The notes under the pieces are model-generated. The model made no database searches. It had not been told where the DNA came from and saw only the letters and a program-made list of their open reading frames with translations. A stretch of 61,808 bases of DNA, taken from the NCBI GenBank assembly GCA_947625805.1, contig CANQPT010000006.1, positions 1-61,808 on the forward strand. Direction: 5' to 3'. Both the position numbers and the translations under genes were made by a program. Positions 38,970 through 48,521 of the stretch are shown piece after piece; the first letter of the stretch is position 1, and every line of letters begins with the position of its first letter. This DNA comes from an uncultured Clostridia bacterium (lineage in GTDB: Bacteria > Bacillota > Clostridia > Oscillospirales > CAG-272).

Positions 38970-39269
38970 CTATTTCATCAATTTTTGCAGGGTTTCGATC
39001 AATTCGTCGATCGTCTCATCTTTGCCCTCGCGGATATCGCGGGCGACGCAGGTTTTGATATGGCAGGCGAGCAGTTCACGGTTGAAAGCGGCCAGCGCGG
39101 CACAGGCCGCGGCGGTCTGTACGAGAATATCCGTGCAATATGCGTCCTTCTCCACCATACCGCGCACACCGCGAATCTGTCCCTCAATGCGGTTCAGTCG
39201 GTTGATCAGCGCCTTGTATTCTTCTTCCGTGCGCTCCCGTTTTTTGCCGGAGCAACAGTATGCTTCCAT
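38970..39269 (-). CDS. csoR: Copper-sensing repressor CsoR
   Basis: RL.RIEGQIRG...YC.DIL.Q...H...C. Confidence 0.92.
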   Translation of the reverse strand: MEAYCCSGKKRERTEEEYKALINRLNRIEGQIRGVRGMVEKDAYCTDILVQTAAACAALAAFNRELLACHIKTCVARDIREGKDETIDELIETLQKLMK

Positions 39270-39292
39270 CTTGATCTTACCCTTCTTTCAGT

Positions 39293-39342
39293 ATACCCCC
39301 TAGGGGTATCTTTATACTATCACATTGCAAAAATTTTGTCAA
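39293..39342 (-). promoter_or_regulatory. csoR-copA promoter and CsoR operator
   Basis: TTGACA-N17-TAGTAT then palindrome ATACCCC-CTA-GGGGTAT. Confidence 0.85.
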
Positions 39343-39353
39343 GAGTTTTGATT

Positions 39354-39386
39354 AAAAAAACGGTGCGGCTGTAAAAGCCGCACCGT
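39354..39386 (-). terminator. Terminator upstream of the csoR promoter
   Basis: ACGGTGCGGCT/AGCCGCACCGT then T7. Confidence 0.75.
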
Positions 39387-39509
39387 CAAAGCGTTTTTGT
39401 CACCCGAGCTTTCGCCGTCGGTAGAAGAGAACCGAAAGATACCACGAGAGAGCATACAGGGCCGGATGACGTACTTGGAGCTGACCGACGCGGCATGGGA
39501 ATCCGTCGG

Positions 39510-39549
39510 CGCGCCGTCAGGGGCGCATTGGCACCCTGACTATATTGCC
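39510..39549 (-). repeat. Left-end copy of the MITE-like repeat
   Basis: GGCAATATAGTCAGGGTGCCAATGCGCCCCTGACGGCGC resembles 46326-46363. Confidence 0.7.
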
Positions 39550-39553
39550 TGAA

Positions 39554-39587
39554 CACACAAAAACTCCCGATCGGGAGTTTTTGTGTG
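39554..39587 (-). terminator. Terminator after the NCS1 permease
   Basis: CACACAAAAACTCCCGA/TCGGGAGTTTTTGTGTG. Confidence 0.8.
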
Positions 39588-39590
39588 AAT

Positions 39591-41021
39591 TCAGATTATC
39601 TCGAGGTCGTCTCTGTCCCGCAGCATATATTTGCGCAGAGGAGTCAGACTTGCGATCCAGTAGAGCAATCCGCCCAGGACAGCCGTCGTACCGCTGCCCG
39701 TCAGGATCAGGAACACGCCGCTCTTGATCGCGCCGGTCAGGGGATTATAGACAAACAGAATACTCACCACAAAGGAAATGACCAGACAGCCGAGGCCGAC
39801 CAGGTTAAAGCCGTTCGTAAACTTGTATGCGTCATGCCCTTTCATGTAGTAGACGCTCTTGAGCGACAGTTTGCGCTTTTTGACGATCAGATAGTCGACC
39901 ACGGTCATGCCGATGATCGGCCCCTGGATAAACGCGGCAAGTGAGATGAAGGCCTGGAAGTTTGCGGTCACCCATCCGGTCATGGTCAGCAAGCTGACAT
40001 AGACCATCGCGATCAGCACCAGCACGCGGTAGCTGATCTTGGGAAGTCCGCTCTTGACGATCATGCAGTTGACATACGAGCCAAAGCCCTGTGTGCCGAT
40101 ATTTGCAAACGCGACCATCAGCAGGCTGAGCAGTGCGAAGACCGGACCGCCGAGGGTAGCGAGCATGACGGTCGGATCGCTCTCGTACACGCCTGTCTTG
40201 ACAAACATGGCAAGAGCCATGATGCCGCCGGCCGCTACAAAGAAAGGTGCGACGATGCCGTAGGCGAGGGTGGTACCCCAATACCCCTTGCGCTCGGTGC
40301 GGCAAAGACGGGGCATGACAATCGCTTGGGTCGACCAGGAGAAAGCAAAGGCGACGTTCGCTTCGGCGGAAACCATAAAGTTGGTCAGTTTGCCGCCCTC
40401 TGCGTTCGGCTTGACTGCAATAATATCGGTAAGCGGCACGGCGGTCACGCAAAGGATCACGACGATTACGCCCACCACAAGCAGTGCACTCACTAAGATA
40501 CGGCTGGTCCATTTGATGACCGTGGGTCCTCCCAGGGCAATCAGCGTACCGATGATGACGCATGCCACACCGAACGCCGGCTTCCAGAAAGCTCCGCTCA
40601 GCTCAACCCCGAAATACCCGAACAGGTTGATCATGGACGAGCCGAACAACTCGGCGTTGACCACGTACCAACCGAAGTTGGCAAGCGAAATGACGGTCGC
40701 AAAGATCGCAACCCCCTTGATGCCCAACACCGAACGCAGCCAGACCCAAAGATCGATACCGTACCGGACCCCGAAAAACACCGGGATACATTCGATCAGG
40801 ATCCATAGGATGTTGAAACAGAAGATATTGATCAGCATCTGCCGGAAGGACAGCATTTCCGCAATCACGGCGCCCTGGGTATAGCACCACGTGGCGATGG
40901 CAAATCCGCTGGTGGAAAGGAACAGATCCCAGAAATTATACTGTCTGTCGCGGTTGAGCATGGGCACAACGCCGGTGACGGTTTCCTGCGTGATGTAATC
41001 CGCGTGATTCAAGTTGCTCAT
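39591..41021 (-). CDS. NCS1 (cytosine/purine permease) family transporter
   Basis: About 12 TM; G.RYG, R.VLG.KG, GW..VN, GP..G....DY. Confidence 0.78.
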   Translation of the reverse strand: MSNLNHADYITQETVTGVVPMLNRDRQYNFWDLFLSTSGFAIATWCYTQGAVIAEMLSFRQMLINIFCFNILWILIECIPVFFGVRYGIDLWVWLRSVLGIKGVAIFATVISLANFGWYVVNAELFGSSMINLFGYFGVELSGAFWKPAFGVACVIIGTLIALGGPTVIKWTSRILVSALLVVGVIVVILCVTAVPLTDIIAVKPNAEGGKLTNFMVSAEANVAFAFSWSTQAIVMPRLCRTERKGYWGTTLAYGIVAPFFVAAGGIMALAMFVKTGVYESDPTVMLATLGGPVFALLSLLMVAFANIGTQGFGSYVNCMIVKSGLPKISYRVLVLIAMVYVSLLTMTGWVTANFQAFISLAAFIQGPIIGMTVVDYLIVKKRKLSLKSVYYMKGHDAYKFTNGFNLVGLGCLVISFVVSILFVYNPLTGAIKSGVFLILTGSGTTAVLGGLLYWIASLTPLRKYMLRDRDDLEII

Positions 41022-41206
41022 GCGATCACCCCCGTCATACAGCCGATAATCAGCAGAAGGCAGACGGCGACCGCCGCGACAATGGCGATCACGTCACCTT
41101 TTCCCGCTTTCTGCGGCCATTCGTAGCTCGATTCTTCCATGATCTGAAGACGGCGTTCCGTTTCCTGGTCAATGAGAGAGCCGATGTCCACTTTTTCTTT
41201 TTCCAT
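41018..41206 (-). CDS. Small single-TM protein
   Basis: Overlaps both neighbours; C-terminal hydrophobic helix. Confidence 0.7.
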   Translation of the reverse strand: MEKEKVDIGSLIDQETERRLQIMEESSYEWPQKAGKGDVIAIVAAVAVCLLLIIGCMTGVIA

Positions 41207-42978
41207 TACGTTTCATCTCCTTTGTAAAGTTCTATCGCTTTTTGCAGATAGAGTTTTGCGTTTTTATACCAGAGGAACAGGTAACTGCCTACCGTGTTCC
41301 CAATGGATTCCTGATAGATCGCCCAAACATACCAATAATAAGAAGCGATCGCCACATAGGCAAGATTATGGGCAAGTTCTGCACGGGTGGGCTTTCTGCC
41401 ATAATAGATATCAAAAACCTCCAGCGCCTGTTCATAGGTGTAGTCCGAGCAACAGATAAAGGTCCCCAGGTCATTCGCCGGGTCGTCATTGCCGGAATAT
41501 TCCCAGTCGATCAGGGTCATGTTGCCCGCCTCGTCCAAGAGAAAATTCGGATCGTAGCAGTCGCAATGGCAGAGCACCCACGGCACCTGATCGGCCCTTA
41601 CGCGGGCGTACAGCCTATCCATTTCGGCATACAACTGGTCGAAGTCTGCAAAATCCTTATGAGATGCGACCGTTTTGTCAATCAGGTCGAGGGTCTTTTT
41701 CCAGATGTCAAAATCATAGTTTGAACGAATGGCGGCGTCGTGCAGTTTTTTGACCATAGAAAGCGCTTGCTTCACCTCGGTCTTGTTATGATAGTCCAGA
41801 CACCGGGCGTTTTTGATAAAGCGGGAGATCTTCCAGCCTTCACTGCCGCTGATCTCGATGATCGTATGATCGAGCCCTAACTTCTTTGCGATCTGCATGG
41901 AGAAAGCCTCGCTGTCCCGGGAGATGTATTTCTCAGTGCCGATGCCGGGATGGCGGTAGATATATGCTTCGCCCCGGCAGGAAAACTTGAATGACAAGTT
42001 GGTAAGCCCCTGTTTGATGACGGCGATATCCTGAATATCGCGCTCAGCACAGCCAAGCACTCTGCATATATTCCTGAAAATACGGGAATCGCTGTTCTCT
42101 AAATATTTGTCATCAAAATCCCGCAGTTCCCCAAGCGAATCGAACTCTAACACCTTTCCGTTCTCATAGCGGCGGATATAAATGCACAAGTCGTCAAGAT
42201 GCCGTTCCAAGAGCGACTCCCACAACTCCCGCTTGGTGTTGCCCTGCTCGTATTCGCGCGTCAGGATTTCGGAAAAGCATCGGGAAAATTCTTTCGAGAA
42301 ATAGACGTGCCCCAACATGATCCACATACCGTTCGGAGCGTGATCGATACCGACGATCCGATCTTTTTTATCTGTGACAAGGCCAAATTCATCGCAGGCG
42401 TCGGGTGCATAAACTGCGGAATAATAAGCGTCCCATACGTATTCCTCAAAGACATTCTCGGTAAAATAGTTATCCGAGGAACAGATATAGGTGTTTTTCA
42501 GACGGTCAAGCACGCACATGAGAGTAGACGGATTGTTATAGCGATAATAATCTTCGTTGACCAGAATGTCTACCCCGAACTTGTCCTGCAAATAAAAGAA
42601 CTGCTCTTTCATATAGCCGACGACCACCGTGATGTCCCGTATGCCCGCCTCCTGCAACTGGCGGATCTGCCGTTCGATCAGCACCTCGCCTTTCACCACC
42701 AACACGCCTTTCGGCTTTTCATAGGATAGCGGAGCAAAGCGCGATGACATTCCTGCCGCCATAATCACGGCATTATCCACCTTGTGGGGGGCGAGGGCGG
42801 CGTAAGCCTGCTCGGTCAGAACATTGCTTTCGGTAAGCAGCCCGTCCGAGCGCAGTTCCGCAAGCAAACCGTTGACTTTCCCTAAAGAAACCCCCAGTTC
42901 TTCTGCAAGTTTTCTTTGGGATTCGTAAGGCTTTCTGTGTAACGAATACAGTACGTCAAAGCGATTTTTTGTAAGCAT
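41206..42978 (-). CDS. wHTH + choline-phosphate cytidylyltransferase (LicC) + choline kinase (LicA) fusion
   Basis: SQRKLAEELGVSLG; AVIMAAG.SSRF.P....PK; GLTN, CHCD...NF, LIDWEY. Confidence 0.88.
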   Translation of the reverse strand: MLTKNRFDVLYSLHRKPYESQRKLAEELGVSLGKVNGLLAELRSDGLLTESNVLTEQAYAALAPHKVDNAVIMAAGMSSRFAPLSYEKPKGVLVVKGEVLIERQIRQLQEAGIRDITVVVGYMKEQFFYLQDKFGVDILVNEDYYRYNNPSTLMCVLDRLKNTYICSSDNYFTENVFEEYVWDAYYSAVYAPDACDEFGLVTDKKDRIVGIDHAPNGMWIMLGHVYFSKEFSRCFSEILTREYEQGNTKRELWESLLERHLDDLCIYIRRYENGKVLEFDSLGELRDFDDKYLENSDSRIFRNICRVLGCAERDIQDIAVIKQGLTNLSFKFSCRGEAYIYRHPGIGTEKYISRDSEAFSMQIAKKLGLDHTIIEISGSEGWKISRFIKNARCLDYHNKTEVKQALSMVKKLHDAAIRSNYDFDIWKKTLDLIDKTVASHKDFADFDQLYAEMDRLYARVRADQVPWVLCHCDCYDPNFLLDEAGNMTLIDWEYSGNDDPANDLGTFICCSDYTYEQALEVFDIYYGRKPTRAELAHNLAYVAIASYYWYVWAIYQESIGNTVGSYLFLWYKNAKLYLQKAIELYKGDET

Positions 42979-43156
42979 GATCCTCTCCTGTGTTCAAAAA
43001 CAATGTAATTATATCACATAATTGAACAAAAGTCAATTACTTTATCAAAAAAATCTGGAAAGCGTGATGTTACAATCACCCAAATAAAAATCCGTCATAC
43101 GCAAATAGTGACAGATTGCGCTTGGACGGACGGGTATAATCAAAGCGGTGAACAAA

Positions 43157-45244
43157 ATGGAACACGAACAGAAAAGACCGCGTTTTCTTGATCCGGTATT
43201 GGAAGAGATCGCGGCAAGGCTTTTTGCGGGGCGGGAGACCGACCCGGTGCGCCGCCTTGAACTGGGCAGAGGATATCTGCACACCATCGGAGAGACAGCG
43301 GTGCAGATTTGCGGCTGCGCCCTTGCCGGGGCCGCCCTTGGGGGAGCGAAGGCCTTTGGCGGCGTTGTCGCATTCGGCTGTCCTCTGCTGTGCACGGTAG
43401 ATCGGTTTCTGCCCTTTACGGCGGGCGCACTCTGTATCGGCGCGCTATTGCGGGGAGATCTGTTGCTTCCTGCGGTTTATATGATCCTGCTGCTTTTCCG
43501 CCTGATCACGCGGATGTGGCTGCAAAACGAGGGCGAACGCCTGCGCTCACTGGGTGCCGCCGCCGCTATGGCTCTGTACGGTATGCTCTCGATCATTACC
43601 GGCAACGCGGGAGTGGCGGGTATGCTGACCGCCATCGCGGGTGCTCTGGCGGCTCCCGGCGTGACCGTATGCTTCCGCGCCCTTGTCCGCCCGGAGATGC
43701 GCTATACTGCCCTTTGGGAGAGCGGCCTGTTTGTGGCGGTCTACGCCGCCGGGTGCGCGATGAACGGTCTGCACGTTGCCTCGGTGTCGATCGCCTATTT
43801 GCTGGGGTTTCTGGTCAGCGTGCATCTGGCACGCATGGGCGGAAGCGCCCGCGGGTGCGTGGCGGGGCTTTTGTGGGGCTTGGGATGCGGTGCGGAATAC
43901 GCGCCTGCTTTTGCCATTGCCGCCCTGATCGCGGGGAAAACGGCCTCCACTCTTCTGGGCGTGGGCGGGGGTGCGATCTTTTGCATGATCTACGCTTCCT
44001 TTACCGGGGGATACTACGCGGTGCGGGATTTCCTGCCGGATATCGGGATTGCCGCAGCCATCTATGCGCCTGCGTATCGATTTGGCCTGCTCCCCCACGG
44101 AAAGCTGTCCTTCGAGCAGCCTTTTTCGGAGGATCCGGAATATACCGACGCGCAGTCCCCCGGCGCCGCCGAGCAGCGGCTGGACGCGGCGGCAAGCGCC
44201 CTGCAATCCCTATCCGCTATCTTTTACGGAATGAGCGAGCGCCTGCGGGACGCGGAGGGCTATGAGGAGCGGGAGGATATGACCCGGGTGTTCGCAGATG
44301 ATTATGCCGCCATGTCCTCGCTCATTCGCGGGGCTTTGCGCAAACAAGAGGACGACGCCCCCGATCGGGCGCTGGCTGCACGGATCCGAGGCGCCCTGGC
44401 CGCCGCCGGATTCCACTGCCGTTCCATAAGCGTGCGGGGCAGACGAAAAAAAGTTTTGTGCGCCCGCGGTGTGTCCCGCGCCTCTGCCTCCACCGATCCG
44501 GGACAACTGAGCGCACGCCTGTCCAACCTGTGCGGAGTGCGCTTTCTGCCGCCGTCCTTTACCATGGAGGGGGAGCACAATATCACCATGTATACCCGAA
44601 GCGCTCCTGTCTTTGCCGTCGGGCAGTTTCATGCCGGTGCGCGCAAGCGCGGTGAGGAGGTCAGCGGGGACTGCTTGACCGCCTTCAGGGCGCAGGATGA
44701 CCGATTTTACTGTATTCTGTGCGACGGAATGGGCAGTGGCAGGGACGCGGCGGTGGCCGCCCGCACTTGCTGTGTCTTTTTACAGAAAATGCTGGAGGGG
44801 GGCAATGATCCGTCGCTTGCTCTGGAAATGCTCAATTCTTTTCTGCGTGCCAAGGGCTATGAATGCTTTGCTACGGTAGATCTTTGCTGTATTGATCTCT
44901 ACACGGGGGAGGCGTATTTTATCAAAGGAGGCAGTGCCCCGTCCTATCTTTTGCGGGGCGATCACCTCTATAAGATCGCTTCGGCCTCGGTGCCGGTGGG
45001 CATTATCCGGGAGGTGCGCGCCGAGCGGATCTCTTTCTCGGTCAAGGAGGGGGACCGGATTCTCATGGCAAGCGACGGTGTGGAAGGCGGCGATGAATCG
45101 CTGATCGAGTCTATGGAACGAAGCAAACTGATGGGCGAGGGGCAGGCGGTGGCACAGGAACTTTTGTGGGCCGCCGAACGAAAAAGCGGTGCGCGGGATG
45201 ACGCTACCGTATGCGTGCTCACGGTGGATCGGTCGGTGGAATAA
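43157..45244 (+). CDS. spoIIE: SpoIIE-like membrane PP2C phosphatase
   Basis: Multi-TM N-terminus; SGD, CDGMGSG, ATVD, SDG, DD.T motifs. Confidence 0.72.
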   Translation: MEHEQKRPRFLDPVLEEIAARLFAGRETDPVRRLELGRGYLHTIGETAVQICGCALAGAALGGAKAFGGVVAFGCPLLCTVDRFLPFTAGALCIGALLRGDLLLPAVYMILLLFRLITRMWLQNEGERLRSLGAAAAMALYGMLSIITGNAGVAGMLTAIAGALAAPGVTVCFRALVRPEMRYTALWESGLFVAVYAAGCAMNGLHVASVSIAYLLGFLVSVHLARMGGSARGCVAGLLWGLGCGAEYAPAFAIAALIAGKTASTLLGVGGGAIFCMIYASFTGGYYAVRDFLPDIGIAAAIYAPAYRFGLLPHGKLSFEQPFSEDPEYTDAQSPGAAEQRLDAAASALQSLSAIFYGMSERLRDAEGYEEREDMTRVFADDYAAMSSLIRGALRKQEDDAPDRALAARIRGALAAAGFHCRSISVRGRRKKVLCARGVSRASASTDPGQLSARLSNLCGVRFLPPSFTMEGEHNITMYTRSAPVFAVGQFHAGARKRGEEVSGDCLTAFRAQDDRFYCILCDGMGSGRDAAVAARTCCVFLQKMLEGGNDPSLALEMLNSFLRAKGYECFATVDLCCIDLYTGEAYFIKGGSAPSYLLRGDHLYKIASASVPVGIIREVRAERISFSVKEGDRILMASDGVEGGDESLIESMERSKLMGEGQAVAQELLWAAERKSGARDDATVCVLTVDRSVE

Positions 45245-45320
45245 AAATTTTTTCTCTTCGACAACTTTTCACAAAAAAGATTGCCAATAAATGGTATTAT
45301 TCCCATGAGGTGAAACAAGA

Positions 45321-46193
45321 TTGGGAAAAAACAGCGAATGTGAAGCACTGCGCGAGCAGGTAAAACGCTTAAAAAGCCGGGAACAGGCGTTGCAGGCGCG
45401 CCTCGAGTACGGAAGAATCCACACGATTGCCATCGACCGTATCTGCGCCAACCCGGCACAGCCGCGCAAAAACTTTGAGGACGCGGCGATCCTGCGGCTG
45501 GCGGACAGCCTGCGGCAGTACGGTATGCTCCAACCGCTGTCGGTGCGCCGGATCATGGACGAAGCGCAGTTAGAGGGCGGACTGTTTCAGTTGGTTGCAG
45601 GTGAGAGGCGTCTGCGAGCGGCTTCGCTGATCGGTATGACCCATGTACCCTGCATGATCATAAACGCGGATTCCAAACGCTCCGCCGAACTTGCCATCAT
45701 CGAAAATATTCAGCGGGAAAACCTCAATATGTTTGAGCAGGCGAACGCCATCGCCGCGCTCATCCGCATTTACGATATGACCCAAGAGCAGATCGCAGAG
45801 CGCCTGTCCTGCTCTCAGTCGTATATTGCAAACAAACTGCGGATCCTTCGCCTGTCCGCCCATGAGCGTGATCTGATCATGAAGCACGGTATGACCGAGC
45901 GCCATGCACGCGCCTTTTTGCGGATCTCCGACCCGGTCGAGCGCACTGCCGCCATTCGCACCGTCGCCGAGCGGTCGCTCAACGTATGTGCCACCGAGGA
46001 ATACGTGGAGCGACTGCTTTCCCGTGAAAGTTCACCGCGGGGCCGTCACAAGGGTGCAGTGCGGGATCTGCGTCTGTTTTACAACTCGATCGACCGGGCG
46101 CTGAACGTGCTGAACAGCGCGGGCATTCCGGCCCACAGTTATAAAAGCGACGGCGAAAACGAGATCACCTTGACCATTACCATTCCGAAATAA
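45321..46193 (+). CDS. ParB/Spo0J/Noc-family protein
   Basis: NPAQPRK.F, LQPL, AGERRLRA, EN.QRENL, HTH. Confidence 0.9.
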   Translation: MGKNSECEALREQVKRLKSREQALQARLEYGRIHTIAIDRICANPAQPRKNFEDAAILRLADSLRQYGMLQPLSVRRIMDEAQLEGGLFQLVAGERRLRAASLIGMTHVPCMIINADSKRSAELAIIENIQRENLNMFEQANAIAALIRIYDMTQEQIAERLSCSQSYIANKLRILRLSAHERDLIMKHGMTERHARAFLRISDPVERTAAIRTVAERSLNVCATEEYVERLLSRESSPRGRHKGAVRDLRLFYNSIDRALNVLNSAGIPAHSYKSDGENEITLTITIPK

Positions 46194-46325
46194 AGGTTCC
46201 CCGAGGGGAAAAACAAACGCCTATCGAAAACAAAGCGGCTTTGTTGTAATTTGTAAGAAGAACCACAAAAAGCCGTGAAGAAATTATACAGGTTTGTCAG
46301 TGGTCAACTATATCCAAAACGGATC

Positions 46326-46596
46326 GGCAATACAATCAGGGTACAATGCGCCCCTGACGGCGCAATTTCCCGCTTTGCTGTGTTATCGGCCTCGGAATAC
46401 GATAGTATTCCATCGGCCTGCTGCCTTGCAAATCAAAAAATCGCGCTCGTCAGGGGTCGGAGATTTTTCAGGAGAATGCCCGCCGATGAATGCAAGGCGC
46501 GCGCTTGCAGGCATACAAACGTATGGCAAAAGCGCGTAACACAGCAGGCGCGGCGGGCATTCCCTGAAAAACGCGTTGTATCCTGATTGTATTGCC
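46326..46596. mobile_element. 271-bp MITE-like element with 25-bp terminal inverted repeats
   Basis: GGCAATACAATCAGGGTACAATGCG vs GGCAATACAATCAGGATACAACGCG (23/25); no credible ORF. Confidence 0.65.
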
Positions 46597-46659
46597 TTAA
46601 CTTTCATGTATAAAATACCGCCGGAGGCGACCAGATGGTTACTTCCGGCGGTACTGTTT

Positions 46660-48285
46660 TTACTTTTCAACACTCATCCAACAACCTTCTGCACCGATAC
46701 CATTCTCGGGAGGTGTTAATACGCCTTTTTCGATAAGACATTCAACCACTGCGTCAAGAATCGGCATACTCGCAAGTGTATTCGCAAATCCCCATTCTCC
46801 GATAAGATAATCGGGAACAGACCTTTTGATAAGTTTTGCCAGCTTGGATGCAACAATTTCAGCATCGGCGTCGAAATATCCATTCCGCAAATCATTACTG
46901 ATCTCAAACAGTCTGTTACTGTCAGAAAACGCATTTACAAGAATCTTGGTATAAATTACATTTCCATCGCGATACAAATAGCCGTACTCAATCGCCTTTG
47001 CAACGTGCTCCTTTTCTTTTTCAGAAAGCAACGTAATATCAAGACCGTCAATGGCACGGAGTGCAAGTTGGGTCAGAGGGTCTTTAGAGACGTTTAATCC
47101 GCAGTCAAAGTGTTTTTTAATGCGTGTGATATAGATATTACGAAGAAGAATATCAGAAAATCCGCACACGTTTTGCGCGCTAACGCTATCCATACCGCCG
47201 CCGTAATACATGCCGTTATCCACATATCCATACACACTAAACGGACGATCCGGTTTTTCAACATCCGCAAAATGATTTTTCTTCAAAGCGCACTCAACAC
47301 AATACGCGAAGGCGTTAGCAATGTGGGATATCTGTTGCCAAAGGATAAGATTTATGTCAACTTTCTTGTTCAGATACGGAAAAGCAAGATATCCGGCTTT
47401 ATGTTCCTCAATAAAGTTTGATATGGTTTCGCAGATTTTCGGTAAATGCTCTGTGTAAATTGCATTTGCTTTTTCAAATACGTCCTTATCAAGCAAAATG
47501 AAATTAAGCGCATATTTGCCGTTTTCCAAGCGACGAAGAAACCCGTACATTCCATTTTCGCCTTTGCAGAGGATTTCAAGTTCTTCTTCAACGTAAATGG
47601 TTGGAACGTTAAGTTCCTCTGCGATTTCAGAAGCGCTCATTGGCTTGTTGTGGCAAAGCCACACAATATGATTCGAGAACATTCTCGTGCATACGTTACG
47701 CGGATCTCCCCATGCAGGACTACCCGTTCCCCAAATCACGTAATCAATTTTATCAAGCGCCACGGGCTTATTATAAGTTTCTTCCATTTCTTTTACCTCC
47801 ATTTTGATCTTTTGTCTTGCTGAAAAGAGCCTTTGACGAATGGTTCCCTCACTTGTTCCTTGTGCCTTGGCTATTTGAGCAGTGGAAAGACCGTCTATGT
47901 AGAACATTATCATGACTTCACGATACGCCTTTGTTAAAAAAGCAATTCTGCGGTATACGGAAGTTAATAATTCTGCGGTATCATCAGAAGTATCTTCTTG
48001 TGCAACGCCGAGCAAGATTTCTTCCGAATCGCCTTCATAGACGGCATCTGCGTGTTTCCTCCTATTATTTGAAAAATCGGCATAAACGTTACGAGCCACT
48101 TTCCAAATGAACGGATATACGTTTTCAATTTCCCCGTTACTATTGGCAGCTTTAACGAGTGCATAGATTATATCCGAGCATAGTTCCTCTGCCTCGTAGC
48201 TGTCATTTGTTCTTGCGTAACAAAAGCCAAATAGCTTATCAATCAAGTAGTCATCAAAATATTTTAGCAAGTCCTGTTTTTTCAT
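46660..48285 (-). CDS. ECF sigma factor with long C-terminal extension
   Basis: Region 2 (EAEELCSDI, FIWKVARN), region 4 (YREV..MFY.DGLS..QIA...G..EGT.RQRL..AR), second HTH; start at 48285 or 48318. Confidence 0.8.
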   Translation of the reverse strand: MKKQDLLKYFDDYLIDKLFGFCYARTNDSYEAEELCSDIIYALVKAANSNGEIENVYPFIWKVARNVYADFSNNRRKHADAVYEGDSEEILLGVAQEDTSDDTAELLTSVYRRIAFLTKAYREVMIMFYIDGLSTAQIAKAQGTSEGTIRQRLFSARQKIKMEVKEMEETYNKPVALDKIDYVIWGTGSPAWGDPRNVCTRMFSNHIVWLCHNKPMSASEIAEELNVPTIYVEEELEILCKGENGMYGFLRRLENGKYALNFILLDKDVFEKANAIYTEHLPKICETISNFIEEHKAGYLAFPYLNKKVDINLILWQQISHIANAFAYCVECALKKNHFADVEKPDRPFSVYGYVDNGMYYGGGMDSVSAQNVCGFSDILLRNIYITRIKKHFDCGLNVSKDPLTQLALRAIDGLDITLLSEKEKEHVAKAIEYGYLYRDGNVIYTKILVNAFSDSNRLFEISNDLRNGYFDADAEIVASKLAKLIKRSVPDYLIGEWGFANTLASMPILDAVVECLIEKGVLTPPENGIGAEGCWMSVEK

Positions 48286-48521
48286 CTGTTTTCCCAAGCG
48301 ATCGATCAATGCTTTCACTTATATAGTCCGTGCGTTTATGAAAATGTTAGGTGGTATTCATAAAAAAATTGAAAAAAGATTGAGGATTCGGCAATAATCC
48401 ATTGTAATTTTTACATTAGCAGGAAATTTATCCCAAAACATTGTAAAGAGTATGAATCCGTGATATAATACGCTTGCAGTATGATTTTGATAATGCTGTA
48501 AAATCAGGGGGGAAAAATAAA

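Noticed and set aside
36414-39549. Composite transposon around csoR-copA
   Set aside because: Both repeat ends point the same way (each element body extends leftward), so they do not bracket the genes.
46275-46673. ORFs across the MITE-like element
   Set aside because: No RBS or recognisable domain; better explained as a non-coding TIR element.
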